Shown one piece after another: positions 54,237-64,000 of a DNA stretch of 64,000 nucleotides. The position numbers and the translations under genes were made by a program. The stretch's first letter is position 1; every line of letters begins with the position of its first letter. The DNA comes from Elusimicrobiota bacterium. GTDB lineage: Bacteria > Elusimicrobiota > Elusimicrobia > UBA1565 > JACRDR01. Under the pieces are notes generated by a model. The model was not told the DNA's origin. It saw nothing but the letters and a program-made list of their open reading frames with translations, and ran no database searches. The stretch covers positions 1 to 64,000 of the forward strand of contig JBGFSC010000045.1 in the NCBI GenBank assembly GCA_041694815.1, read 5' to 3'.

Positions 54237-56087
54237 TTATCCCTCTAAAAGCTGCGTGATGGCGTCGCGTATTTCCGAGATCTTGAAGGGCTGGCCTTTA
54301 ACCTTGTTGAGGCCGACGGCCGGCACCGCGTATTTAGCGCGCAGCAGCAGCAGCAATTGCCCGAGGTTGAGCTCGGGCACGAGTATTTTCTCGTAATGGC
54401 TTAAGATGTCGCCCAAATCCGGCGGGAAGGGGTGGATATGCCTCAGGTGGATCGAGGCCACCGCCTCCTCCCGGGCCTGGAATTCCCGCACGGCCGCCGT
54501 AATGGCGCCATAGCTCGAGCCCCAGCCCACGACGAGCACCTTACCCTTCTTGGGCCCCAGGACCTCCGTCGGCGGGATCTCCTTGGCGATGCCGGCGATC
54601 TTCTGCGCCCGCAGGCGCACCATATGCTCGTGATTGTCCGGCTCGTAATTGACGTTGCCGGTCACATCCTGCTTCTCCAGCCCGCCGATGCGGTGCTCGA
54701 GCCCCGGGGTCCCGGGCAGGGCCCAGGGCCTGGCCAAGGTCTCGGGATCGCGCTTGTACGGCTTGAAATCCTTGGGGTCGGTCGCATTGGGCACTCGTAG
54801 GTTGGGGAGTTCGGAAAGCTTGGGCAGGCGCCAGGGCTCCGAGCCGTTGCCGAGATAGCCGTCGGACAAAAAGAAGACCGGGGTCATGTACTTAAGCGCG
54901 ATGCGGCAGGCCTCGATCGCCATGGTGAAGCAGTCTCCGGGAGTGGCGGCGGCGACGATCGCGACGGGGCATTCGCCGTTGCGGCCAAACATCGCCTGGA
55001 GCAGGTCGGCCTGCTCCGTTTTCGTCGGAAGTCCGGTCGAGGGGCCCCCGCGCTGGATATCGAGGATGACGAGCGGCAGCTCCATGGTGACCGCCAGGCC
55101 GATGGCCTCGCTCTTGAGGCAAACGCCCGGGCCGCTGGTGCCCGTGACGGCCAGATGCCCGCCGAAGGAGGCGCCGATGGCCGCCCCGATGGCGGCGATC
55201 TCATCTTCCGCCTGGAAGGTGCGCACCGCCAAGCCCTTGTGCAGCGAGAGCTCATGGAGTATGTCGGAAGCCGGAGTGATCGGGTAGGAGCCGTAGAAGA
55301 GGGGCCGGTTGGCGAGCCTGGAGGCCGTGACGAGCCCCAGCGCCGTGGCGGTGTTGCCGACGATGTTGCGGTAGCGGCCCGGGGCGATCGGGGCCTTCTT
55401 GACGCGGTAGTGGTGGGTGAATATTTCGGTGGTCTCGGCGTAGGCGTGCCCGGCCAAGAGGGCCTTGGTGTTGGCGTCGGCGATCTCGGGGGATTTCTTG
55501 AACTTTTTCTGGATCCATTGCAGCGTCGATTCGATCGGACGCTCGTAGAGCCAATACATGAGCCCCAGGGCGAAGAAATTCTTGCAGCGGTCCACCTGGG
55601 TGCGGCTCAGGCTTTTACCCTTGAGCGCGTTGTCGGTCAGGGTGGTCAGGGGGATCGAGAGGACCCGGTATCCCGAGAGCGTGCCGTCCTCCAATGGGTT
55701 GGAGGCGATGCCGGCCTTCTGGAAGGCCTGCGCCGTGAAGGCGTCCGTGTTGACGATCACGGTGCCGCCAGCCTCTAAGTCCTTCAGATTGGCCTTGAGC
55801 GCCGCCGGGTTCATCGCCACGAGCACGTTGGGGGCGTCCCCGGGCGTGAGTATGTCGCGCGAGCTAAAGTGTATCTGGAAGCCGCTTACCCCGGGAAGCG
55901 TGCCCGCCGGTGCGCGGATCTCGGCCGGGAAATCGGGAAGGGTGCTGAGGTCGTTGCCCGCCAGGGCCGTGGAGGTGGTGAACTGCCCACCCGTCAACTG
56001 GATGCCGTCGCCGGAATCCCCCGCGAAGCGGATCGTGACGGCGTCTATCTCCTGAACGGGCTTCGAGGCTGTTTCCATATGCGTCAA
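54237..56087 (-). CDS. korA: 2-oxoacid:ferredoxin oxidoreductase alpha subunit
   Basis: AGDSGDG, YPITPAS, QAEDE, TSGPG, QRGGPSTGLPTK. Confidence 0.93.
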   Translation of the reverse strand: MTHMETASKPVQEIDAVTIRFAGDSGDGIQLTGGQFTTSTALAGNDLSTLPDFPAEIRAPAGTLPGVSGFQIHFSSRDILTPGDAPNVLVAMNPAALKANLKDLEAGGTVIVNTDAFTAQAFQKAGIASNPLEDGTLSGYRVLSIPLTTLTDNALKGKSLSRTQVDRCKNFFALGLMYWLYERPIESTLQWIQKKFKKSPEIADANTKALLAGHAYAETTEIFTHHYRVKKAPIAPGRYRNIVGNTATALGLVTASRLANRPLFYGSYPITPASDILHELSLHKGLAVRTFQAEDEIAAIGAAIGASFGGHLAVTGTSGPGVCLKSEAIGLAVTMELPLVILDIQRGGPSTGLPTKTEQADLLQAMFGRNGECPVAIVAAATPGDCFTMAIEACRIALKYMTPVFFLSDGYLGNGSEPWRLPKLSELPNLRVPNATDPKDFKPYKRDPETLARPWALPGTPGLEHRIGGLEKQDVTGNVNYEPDNHEHMVRLRAQKIAGIAKEIPPTEVLGPKKGKVLVVGWGSSYGAITAAVREFQAREEAVASIHLRHIHPFPPDLGDILSHYEKILVPELNLGQLLLLLRAKYAVPAVGLNKVKGQPFKISEIRDAITQLLEG

Positions 56088-56548
56088 GCTCCTTCTGCTT
56101 CTTGGGGCAGATCGAGTGTCGGCGGGAGGTTCATGACCTCCGCCGGGAAGTTCTCCGCGAGATAGCGGATGATGCGGCCGACGGTCAATAGCCCCGTCGG
56201 GTGGCCGTCGTCGTCGACGATCGGGAGGTTGCGGAAGCGTTTTTCATGCATGAGCTCGATGGCCTCCCCGAGCGTCCGGTCCGAATGCACGGTGACGGGG
56301 TGCGTCGACATCACGCGTCCGATCGGGGTCTTGGGGTCGACCCGTTCTAGGCAGTGCTTATAGAGGTAGTCGCGTTCGGTGAACACTCCCGAGACGGCGC
56401 CGTTGTTGCAAATGACGACCGAGCCCCGCTGGAGGCGGCGCATGCGCTCCAACACCTCGCCGTAGGACATGGTTTCTTCGACGACGATGGGGGGCAGGAG
56501 GTCCAAATTTCCCAGGGTCTCGTTAAGAGCCTTGGTTTTTGACGACAT
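56084..56548 (-). CDS. CBS-pair protein
   Basis: GVFTERDY, FRNLPIVD; coupled to korA. Confidence 0.85.
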   Translation of the reverse strand: MSSKTKALNETLGNLDLLPPIVVEETMSYGEVLERMRRLQRGSVVICNNGAVSGVFTERDYLYKHCLERVDPKTPIGRVMSTHPVTVHSDRTLGEAIELMHEKRFRNLPIVDDDGHPTGLLTVGRIIRYLAENFPAEVMNLPPTLDLPQEAEGA

Positions 56549-56671
56549 TGTCTACAGTATAACACATTTGGATTCCGGGCGATGGTAGCGCGGATAGGGG
56601 GCAAAATTGTTGCCCCGTGTCACGGCAATAACATAAAATAAAAATAGAGGTGGTGGACGCGCGGAGGCCCT

Positions 56672-57853
56672 ATGCCGGACCCTAAATCGGAAGCGGAAGC
56701 GTTGCTCAAGACGGTCGCCAAGAAGCCGGCGGACTATTCGCCGGGCTTAGAGGGTGTCATCGCCGCGCGGAGCCGGCTCTGCCAGATCGACGGCGCCGCC
56801 GGCAAGCTCTATTATCTCGGGTATCCCATCGAGGAGCTGGCCCAGCACGCCACCTACGAGGAGGTCTGCTTCCTGCTCTGGTACGGGCGGCTGCCGAAGC
56901 ACGAGGAGCTCGAAGCTCTGGAGAAGCTTTTCCGGGAACATCGCGCGCTGCCTCCCGAGGTGGTCTCCTTCATCGAGCTCTTGCCGCATACCAGCCACCC
57001 GATGGACGCCTTGCGCACCGTCGCCTCGCTGCTGTCGACCTTTGACCGCAACCCGGAGCGGTCGCCGGAGGCCAACCTCCGCCGCGCCATCCAGCTGACG
57101 GCGCAGTTTCCGACTATCGTGGCCACCTTCCACCGGCTGCGCGAAAACCAGAAGCCAATCCCACCGCACCCCAAGCTCGACCATGCCGCCAATTTCCTAT
57201 ACATGCTCTTCGGTAAGGAGCCCGACGAGGTCAAGGCGGACGTCATGGACACGGCGCTGGTGTTGCACGTCGACCATGAGATGAACGCCTCCACCTTCGC
57301 CTCCCTCGTGACCGCCTCGACGCTTTCGGACATGTACTCGGCCGTCTCCTCGGGTGTGGGCGCCCTCAAGGGCCCGCTGCACGGGGGTGCCAACGAGGCG
57401 GTGCTCAAGATGCTCCAGGAGATCGAGGATCCCAAGAACGTCGAGCCCTGGGTGGAGCAGGCCCTCGCCAAGAAGATCAAGATCATGGGCTTCGGCCACC
57501 GGGTCTACAAGAACTACGACCCGCGGGCCCGCATCCTCAAGGAATACGCCCGGCGCCTCTCGGAGAAGACCAAGTTCTCCAGGTTCTTTCAGATCAACGA
57601 CAAGCTCGAGCAGGTGATGCAGGCCAAGAAGGGCCAGCACGGGATCTTCCCCAATGTCGACCTGTATTCGGGCATCGTCTACCACCAGATGGGGATCGCG
57701 ACCGACCTGTTCACTCCGATCTTCGCGATCGCGCGAGTGGCCGGTTGGACGGCCCATGTCCTGGAGTATTGGCAGGACAACCGCCTTTTCAGGCCCAATT
57801 CGGTCTACGAGGGTCCCTCGCCCCGCAACTACGTGCCTATTTCCCAGCGGTGA
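56672..57853 (+). CDS. gltA: Citrate synthase
   Basis: GPLHGGANE, GFGHRVY, DPRA, PNVD. Confidence 0.92.
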   Translation: MPDPKSEAEALLKTVAKKPADYSPGLEGVIAARSRLCQIDGAAGKLYYLGYPIEELAQHATYEEVCFLLWYGRLPKHEELEALEKLFREHRALPPEVVSFIELLPHTSHPMDALRTVASLLSTFDRNPERSPEANLRRAIQLTAQFPTIVATFHRLRENQKPIPPHPKLDHAANFLYMLFGKEPDEVKADVMDTALVLHVDHEMNASTFASLVTASTLSDMYSAVSSGVGALKGPLHGGANEAVLKMLQEIEDPKNVEPWVEQALAKKIKIMGFGHRVYKNYDPRARILKEYARRLSEKTKFSRFFQINDKLEQVMQAKKGQHGIFPNVDLYSGIVYHQMGIATDLFTPIFAIARVAGWTAHVLEYWQDNRLFRPNSVYEGPSPRNYVPISQR

Positions 57854-59013
57854 AGCTGCTCGAGCACGAAGCCAAGGCCATTTTCCGCGCGCGGGGCATT
57901 CCCGTGCCTCCGACTGGCGGCGTTATCGACGCGCCGGCGCGATTGGTGTCCGCCCTCAAGCGCGCCGGTAAGGGCCCTTGGGTGCTCAAGGCCCAGGTGC
58001 TCGCCGGAGGGCGGGGCAAGGCGGGAGGGGTCAAGCTCGCCAAGACCCCGGCCGAGGCCAAGGCCGCGGCGAAGGCCATCCTGGGCATGACGCTTGTCTC
58101 ACCGCAGACCGGCCCGGAGGGCGTCAAGGTCCGCGAGGTCTTAGTCGACAAGGCCACCGATATTGCCCGCGAGCTCTACCTCTCCGTCGTCCTCGACCGC
58201 CGCGAGGGCCGGCCGGTCGTCATCGCCTCCGCCGAGGGCGGGGTCGAGATCGAGGCCTTAGCCCACAGCCGCCCCGAGGCGATATTGCGCGAGGCCGTGG
58301 ACCCGGTCTCAGGCATCGAGGACTTCCAGTCCCGGCGACTGGCCTTCAAGCTGCGCCTCGGCCCGGAGCTTGTCGGCCCTTTCGTGCGGATGCTGCGCGA
58401 TCTAGTCGGGGTCTTCTTGGAATGCGACGCGAGCTTGGTCGAGGTCAACCCGCTCGTCGTCACCAAGCGGGGAGGACTTGTCGCCCTCGACGCCAAGATG
58501 ACGCTCGACGACAACGCCGCCTTCCGCCATAAGGACCTGGCTCTTCAAGACCACGAATCCTCCGCCTTGGAGCGCGAGGCCAAGAAGGTCGGCATCTCCT
58601 ATATCGGCTTGGACGGCAATATCGGCTGCATGGTCAACGGGGCGGGGCTGGCCATGGGCACGATGGATATCGTCTCGCTCGCCGGTGGGCGCCCGGCCAA
58701 CTTTCTCGACGTGGGCGGCGGCGCGAACGCGGAACAGGTGACGCGCGCCTTCCGCATCATCCTCAAGGACCGGCGGGTCAAGGCCGTGCTCGTCAACATT
58801 TTCGGCGGCATCATGAAATGCACGACCATCGCCGAAGGGGTGATCGCGGCGGTCAAGGCGGTGGGCCTGAAGGTGCCGTTGGTCGTGCGCCTGGAGGGAA
58901 CGCAGGTGGAGGAGGGCAAGGCCCTGCTATCTAAGTCGGGCCTGCCGCTGATCCAGGCCGACAGCCTTTGGGACGCGGCGCAAAAAGCGGTGAAGGCTGC
59001 GGGCAAGCCATGA
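57850..59013 (+). CDS. sucC: Succinyl-CoA synthetase beta subunit
   Basis: GTG start [43 protein letters not shown]. Confidence 0.95.
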   Translation: MKLLEHEAKAIFRARGIPVPPTGGVIDAPARLVSALKRAGKGPWVLKAQVLAGGRGKAGGVKLAKTPAEAKAAAKAILGMTLVSPQTGPEGVKVREVLVDKATDIARELYLSVVLDRREGRPVVIASAEGGVEIEALAHSRPEAILREAVDPVSGIEDFQSRRLAFKLRLGPELVGPFVRMLRDLVGVFLECDASLVEVNPLVVTKRGGLVALDAKMTLDDNAAFRHKDLALQDHESSALEREAKKVGISYIGLDGNIGCMVNGAGLAMGTMDIVSLAGGRPANFLDVGGGANAEQVTRAFRIILKDRRVKAVLVNIFGGIMKCTTIAEGVIAAVKAVGLKVPLVVRLEGTQVEEGKALLSKSGLPLIQADSLWDAAQKAVKAAGKP

Positions 59014-59906
59014 GCATTCTCATCAATCGGGAATCGAGAATCGTCGTTCAGGGTATTACCGGCTCGGCCGGATCATTCCATGCGCAACAATGCATCGCCT
59101 ACGGGACCAAGGTCGTCGCGGGCGTCACCCCGGGAAAGGGTGGCGGCTCGCACTTGGATGTCCCGATCTTCGATACCGTGCAGGACGCCGTTCGCAATAC
59201 AGGGGCCAACGTGTCGCTCGTCTTCGTGCCGCCTCCCTTCGCCGCTGACGCCATCCTGGAGGCGGCCGATGCGGGCGTCAAGCTTATCGTCTGCATTACC
59301 GAGGGCATCCCGGTCTTGGATATGGCCCGCGTCAAGAAATACCTCCGCGAGTACTCGGCCGCCGGCAACCCCGTGCGGCTTATCGGGCCCAATTGCCCCG
59401 GTGTGATCACGCCCGGGCAGTGCAAGATCGGCATTATGCCTGGCTACATCCACAAGCCGGGCCCCGTCGGGCTCGTCTCGCGCTCGGGCACCCTGACCTA
59501 CGAGGCGGTCTGGCAGTTGAGCTCCAAGGGGTTCGGGCAATCCACCGTCGTGGGAATCGGGGGGGACCCGATCGCCGGTTCCACTTTCACCGATATCCTA
59601 AGCCTCTTTGAGGAGGATCCGGAGACTTCCGCCGTCGTCTTGATCGGCGAGATCGGCGGCTCGGCTGAGGAGGAGGCGGCCCGGTTCTTCAAGGAGCGCA
59701 TGACGAAGCCCGTCTTCGCCTTCATCGCGGGCAAGACGGCGCCGCCGGGCAGGCGCATGGGTCACGCCGGGGCGATCGTGGAGGGTGGGGCGGGGACTCA
59801 CTCCTCCAAGGTCAAGGCCTTGTCGGCGGCGGGCATCCGCGTGATCGAGAACTTGAGCGGCATCGGTGAGGCGGTCGCCGCCAACGCCGCGGAGCTGGTA
59901 TCCTGA
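59010..59906 (+). CDS. sucD: Succinyl-CoA synthetase alpha subunit
   Basis: [26 protein letters not shown]. Confidence 0.95.
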   Translation: MSILINRESRIVVQGITGSAGSFHAQQCIAYGTKVVAGVTPGKGGGSHLDVPIFDTVQDAVRNTGANVSLVFVPPPFAADAILEAADAGVKLIVCITEGIPVLDMARVKKYLREYSAAGNPVRLIGPNCPGVITPGQCKIGIMPGYIHKPGPVGLVSRSGTLTYEAVWQLSSKGFGQSTVVGIGGDPIAGSTFTDILSLFEEDPETSAVVLIGEIGGSAEEEAARFFKERMTKPVFAFIAGKTAPPGRRMGHAGAIVEGGAGTHSSKVKALSAAGIRVIENLSGIGEAVAANAAELVS

Positions 59907-61981
59907 TGGCCGAAGAACAGGGAAAATCCGCCACCGACCGCTTTCCGTACTACGTCGCGCTGGGCATCAGCCTGGCGTTGTGGCTCGTCAACGCCCTTAA
60001 CGGCTTCGCGCTGCTCGACAAGAAATGGACCGACCAGATGCTGCGCTGGCGCGGCATGGAGCGGGGTGATTCCCGCGTCACGGTCATCGCCATCGACGAT
60101 GCCTCGATCAAGCAGATCGGGCAGTTCCCGTGGCCGCGCAGCGTATACGCCCGACTCTTCCGTAAGCTCGACCAGCTCGGCGTCCAGGTGGCCGCGGTCG
60201 ACGTCCTCTTCATGGACCGGTCGACCCCCTCGGAGGACGCCGCACTGATCGAGGCCACCGCGGGCGCTAGGATGAAGATCATCCACGCCGTGGGCGAGGA
60301 CACCAATATCCTCGACCGGCACGTCTTCGTGCACCCCTTCGCGGCGCTGCGCAAAGCGAGCCGGCACTTCGGCGGCGTCAGCCAATGGCTGCTGGATCCC
60401 GACGGGGCCGTGCGCTGGACCTTCCTGATGTACGGGGAGGATAAAAGCGACCCCTCCAAGTGGTTGAGCGACCCGAATCGGGTGCCCTCGCTGGGGCTTA
60501 AGGCCGTCGCCCTGCTGGAGGGCCGGTCTCCCGACGAGTACGTCCGGGAGCGTAATGCCCTGTACATGAACCTCCGCGGGGAGGCCTTGAAGATTGTGGG
60601 CAAGACGACACGCGACGGGGTCAGCGAGGATCTCGTCCTTCCGGACTACGGCATCGCCCGCATCCCCGCCTGGAAGATACTCTACAATCAGCTCGACGAG
60701 GCGCAGCGCAAGGCCCTCAAGGGCGGCATCGCCCTGATCGGCTCGACGGCCCTGGGCGCCTACGACCACTACCCCAGCGCGTTTTCGGAGATGACCCCGG
60801 GTGTCGAGGTGCACGCCAACGTCATCGACAACCTGCTCAACGACCGCGAGCTCCGCTGGCATTCGCGCCGGTGGACCGCCTTGGCCATACTCGCCTTTTC
60901 CCTGCTGGCCGCCTGGGTGCTCAATCTGGGCCCGATGGCCGCGACCGGCATCGTGCTCGCCGTGCTCGCCGCCTGGGTGGGGTTCGACTACAAGCTTTTC
61001 CGCGGCCTGCGCGTGCTGGAGTTTACGGCCCCGACGCTCTCGTTGGCGGGGACCTTCGCCGTGCTCATCATCCGCAAGACCCTGCTCGAGAACCGCGAGA
61101 AGCGCTTCATCAAGCATACCTTCGGGCAGTTCGTGGCCCCCGAGGTCGTCGACGACCTGGTTAAGGACCCCGCGAAGGTTAAGCTCGGCGGTGAGAAGCG
61201 CGATATGACGGTGCTTTTCCTCGATATCGCCCATTTCACGACGATCTCCGAAAGGATGACGCCGGAGGCCCTGATCCAATTTTTGAACAAGTATCTGTCC
61301 GCTTTAAGCGAGGTGATCCACGTCCATAAGGGTGTCGTCGACAAGTACATCGGCGACTGCATCATGGCCTTTTGGAACGCCCCCCTGGAGCAGAAGGACC
61401 ACCGCACGCAGGCCTGCGTGGCCGCCGTCGAATGCATGGAGGCTCTCCGGGAGCTAAACAAGACGCTCGATCCGGCCCTCCCGGAGCGTCCCGCCATTCG
61501 GATCGGGCTCAACTCGGGAGAGATGACGGTAGGGCTTACCGGCTCCAAGCAAAAGCTGCAGTACACCGTCATCGGGGACGAGGTCAACCTCGCCAGCCGC
61601 CTGGAGGGGGCCAATAAGTTCTTCGGTTCCGATATCATGGTCAGCGAGTCCTGCTTCAATGGGGCTAAGGCCAGCGTCGAGGGCCGGGTGCTCGGCGAGG
61701 TCCGCGTGGTCGGAAAATCCATCCCCATCCGCGTCTACGAGCTCCTGGGCAAGCGGGGGCAGCTCTCGCCGCAGTGGCAGAAGGCCCTGCCGCTTTACGA
61801 GAAGGGGCTCGAGCTGTTCCTGAAGGGCGACTTCGCCGGCTCGCACGCCGCCTTCGGCGATGTGCTCAAGGTCATCCCCGAGGACAAGCCGTCGAAACTC
61901 TACTACAACCGTTCCCACGACTACGCCAACATACCGCCGGTAGACGACGACTGGCGCGTCTTCAACTTGACCGCGAAATGA
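59906..61981 (+). CDS. CHASE2-domain class III adenylate cyclase
   Basis: IDDASI...FPWPR; FLDIAHFT, DKYIGD, YTVIGDEVNLASRLEG. Confidence 0.93.
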   Translation: MAEEQGKSATDRFPYYVALGISLALWLVNALNGFALLDKKWTDQMLRWRGMERGDSRVTVIAIDDASIKQIGQFPWPRSVYARLFRKLDQLGVQVAAVDVLFMDRSTPSEDAALIEATAGARMKIIHAVGEDTNILDRHVFVHPFAALRKASRHFGGVSQWLLDPDGAVRWTFLMYGEDKSDPSKWLSDPNRVPSLGLKAVALLEGRSPDEYVRERNALYMNLRGEALKIVGKTTRDGVSEDLVLPDYGIARIPAWKILYNQLDEAQRKALKGGIALIGSTALGAYDHYPSAFSEMTPGVEVHANVIDNLLNDRELRWHSRRWTALAILAFSLLAAWVLNLGPMAATGIVLAVLAAWVGFDYKLFRGLRVLEFTAPTLSLAGTFAVLIIRKTLLENREKRFIKHTFGQFVAPEVVDDLVKDPAKVKLGGEKRDMTVLFLDIAHFTTISERMTPEALIQFLNKYLSALSEVIHVHKGVVDKYIGDCIMAFWNAPLEQKDHRTQACVAAVECMEALRELNKTLDPALPERPAIRIGLNSGEMTVGLTGSKQKLQYTVIGDEVNLASRLEGANKFFGSDIMVSESCFNGAKASVEGRVLGEVRVVGKSIPIRVYELLGKRGQLSPQWQKALPLYEKGLELFLKGDFAGSHAAFGDVLKVIPEDKPSKLYYNRSHDYANIPPVDDDWRVFNLTAK

Positions 61982-62688
61982 CCTTATTCTGGAGGCTGAT
62001 GTTCGGGCATCTTCTGTCCGACTTCACCTTCCAGTCGAATTTCATCAACGCGTGGAAGCGTAAAAGCATTTGGGGCATGCTGGCGCATTGCGCCATGCAC
62101 CCGGTGGCCTACATGGCGCTCACTTATCCCTATCTCAACGAATACTGGATCAATACCCGCTGGCTCCGCCTCCAGGGCTGGACCTGCGTGCTGCTCATCT
62201 TCCTCTTGCATTTTATTGAAGACCAGTGGCGGGTATTTACGATTTTCCGCTTTAAGACCCCCGACAACTCGGTCTATTTCATCTGGGACCAGCTCGTGCA
62301 TTTCTTCTGCATCTTCCTGTTCTTGCCGCTCAACGTGCTCGACCCCTCGGCGGGCTGGGTTCCCGAGAAATGGCCGGTCCTAGGCTGCCTGTTCGTATTG
62401 GTCACCCATTTTTGCACCGTGCTCATCTATTTCCTGGAAAAGGACCTCTTCTCGGGCTATTTCCCCGAGTTCGACGAGAAGTACATGGCGATGGCCGAGC
62501 GGCTGGTTCTGGCCGTGTGCTTCCTTCTGCCCGGCTGGTGGTGGATTCCCGTGGCCGGGGCGTGGCTGGCCAATATGTTCTATATGCGCTACCGGCGCCT
62601 GGTCGAATTTTCCTGGTTCAGCTTTTACGTCGGCGGTGCGGTGGCGCTGGCCTGCGGCGCGCTCGCCCGCGTCGTCTACTACAGTTAG
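61978..62688 (+). CDS. DUF3307-like membrane protein
   Basis: GHLLSDF..Q, HCAMH, HFIED, DQLVH. Confidence 0.75.
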   Translation: MTLFWRLMFGHLLSDFTFQSNFINAWKRKSIWGMLAHCAMHPVAYMALTYPYLNEYWINTRWLRLQGWTCVLLIFLLHFIEDQWRVFTIFRFKTPDNSVYFIWDQLVHFFCIFLFLPLNVLDPSAGWVPEKWPVLGCLFVLVTHFCTVLIYFLEKDLFSGYFPEFDEKYMAMAERLVLAVCFLLPGWWWIPVAGAWLANMFYMRYRRLVEFSWFSFYVGGAVALACGALARVVYYS

Positions 62689-62698
62689 GTATTAGCTA

Positions 62699-62790
62699 GG
62701 TGCCAGGCATACACTTTCTACACTTTATTGACATTCTCAGTGTACTGCCGAAGTAAGTTGTGAAAGTGTAGAAAGTGTATGCCTGGCACC
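62699..62790. repeat. REP/REPIN- or MITE-like element with 28-bp perfect inverted arms
   Basis: GGTGCCAGGCATACACTTTCTACACTTT (62699-62726) and its exact reverse complement (62763-62790) around a 36-nt AT-rich spacer. Confidence 0.8.
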
Positions 62791-62801
62791 AAGGGGGTCT
62801 T

Positions 62802-63944
62802 ATGGAGGAGATTTTGATTTTAAGCGGCGCTCGGACGCCGATCGGGACGCTGAACGGGTTCCTATCCAGCTACAGCGCGCCGCAATTGGGCGCCAAGGCC
62901 ATTAAAGCTGCGCTCGACAAGGCTCAGGTCAAGCCCGAGGAGGTCGGCGAAGTGGTCATGGGCAATGTCGTCTCGGCCGGCATCGGCCAGGCCCCGGCGC
63001 GCCAGGCGATGATCGCCGCCGGGCTTCCCCCTTCCGTCGGTGCGACGACGGTCAACAAGGTCTGCGGCTCCGGCATGAAGGCCGTGATGATGGCGGCGCA
63101 ATCGATCGTGCTCGGGGATTCCGACACCGCCGTCGCCGGCGGCATGGAGTCGGCCAGCAAGGTGCCCTTCCTCTTGGAGAAGGCGCGCTCCGGCTACCGG
63201 CTCGGGCACGGCCAGCTGGTGGACGCCATCATCAAGGACGGGCTCTGGGACCCCTACGGCAACGTCCATATGGGTGATTGCGGGGAGGCCTGCGCCGAGA
63301 AATATGCCATCTCTCGCGCCCAGCAGGATGAGTACGCGATCCAAACCTACAAGAACGCCCAGGAAGCCCAGAAATCGGGGGCCTTCGACGCGGAGATGGC
63401 CTCCGTCGACGGCATCAATCAGGACGAGGAGCCGGGGCGCGCCTCCTTCGACAAATTCCCCAAGCTCAAGCCCGCCTTCAAGGCGGGGGGGACGATCACC
63501 GCGGCCAACGCCTCCAAGATCAACGACGGTGCCGCGGCCCTGGTGCTGGCCTCCTCTAAGGCGGCTGCTGGCCGCCAGGCCCTGGCCAAGATCAAGGGAT
63601 GGGCCACCTTCAGCCAGGAGCCTCAATGGTTCACCACGGCTCCGGCGGGCGCCATCGAGCGGGTGCTGGCCAGGGTCGGCTGGAAAAAGGAGGATGTCGA
63701 TCTCTACGAGGTCAACGAGGCCTTCGCCGTCGTGGCCTTGGCCGTTATGCAGCTCGTCGGCCTGCCGCGCGAGAAGGTCAATGTCAACGGGGGCGCGGTG
63801 GCCTTGGGCCATCCCATCGGCGCCAGCGGGGCGCGCATCCTGGTGACGTTGGCGCACGCGCTCCAGAAAAGGAATCTCAAGCGCGGGGTGGCCGCCATCT
63901 GCCTGGGCGGCGGGGAAGCCGTTGCCGTAGCCCTCGAACGCTAA
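62802..63944 (+). CDS. Acetyl-CoA acetyltransferase (thiolase)
   Basis: NKVCGSG, NEAF, GHPIGASG, ICLGGG. Confidence 0.95.
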   Translation: MEEILILSGARTPIGTLNGFLSSYSAPQLGAKAIKAALDKAQVKPEEVGEVVMGNVVSAGIGQAPARQAMIAAGLPPSVGATTVNKVCGSGMKAVMMAAQSIVLGDSDTAVAGGMESASKVPFLLEKARSGYRLGHGQLVDAIIKDGLWDPYGNVHMGDCGEACAEKYAISRAQQDEYAIQTYKNAQEAQKSGAFDAEMASVDGINQDEEPGRASFDKFPKLKPAFKAGGTITAANASKINDGAAALVLASSKAAAGRQALAKIKGWATFSQEPQWFTTAPAGAIERVLARVGWKKEDVDLYEVNEAFAVVALAVMQLVGLPREKVNVNGGAVALGHPIGASGARILVTLAHALQKRNLKRGVAAICLGGGEAVAVALER

Positions 63945-64000
63945 AGCGAGGCCTCTAGCCAGCGGGAGCGGCAGGCGCTCGAGAAATCATAGCTGATCCT

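Noticed and set aside
1..64000. CRISPR array
   Set aside because: No regularly spaced short repeats; the ~300-bp periodicity at 1-5000 is coding Fn3 repetition.

Overview
High-GC bacterial chromosome segment. The giant Fn3 protein style and gene context suggest an Elusimicrobiota-like diderm host; this is inference only. Three zones. (1) 1-8079: the 5' ~6.3 kb of a giant secreted Fn3-repeat/LamG surface protein (minus strand, runs off the window, absent from the ORF track), preceded by an Rrf2 regulator, with a divergent orphan response regulator. (2) ~8076-44495: an apparently intact ~36 kb siphovirus-type prophage next to tRNA-Asp. It carries lysis, tail, head, packaging, replication, a sigma-like factor, LexA and a large serine integrase. 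No left att site is visible. (3) 44454-64000: host genes (tRNA-Asp, pirin, tRNA-Val, CHASE2 kinase/PP2C/FHA cluster, CBS-korAB-CBS, citrate synthase-sucCD-CHASE2 adenylate cyclase, thiolase). The most notable signals are in the prophage. First, a head-module protein with two tandem adenine methyltransferases whose domain borders carry Lys motifs like those at maturation positions in the capsid, portal and protease (candidate virion-packaged anti-restriction polyprotein), abutting an antisense nuclease moron. Second, a readable one-directional regulatory cascade: LexA, then a DUF2292-like protein plus terminator, then a sigma factor, two twin sigma promoters and two twin late promoters. Third, a dif-like Xer site between terS and terL. 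Fourth, a candidate new spanin topology. All calls come from motif reading by eye; no searches were run.
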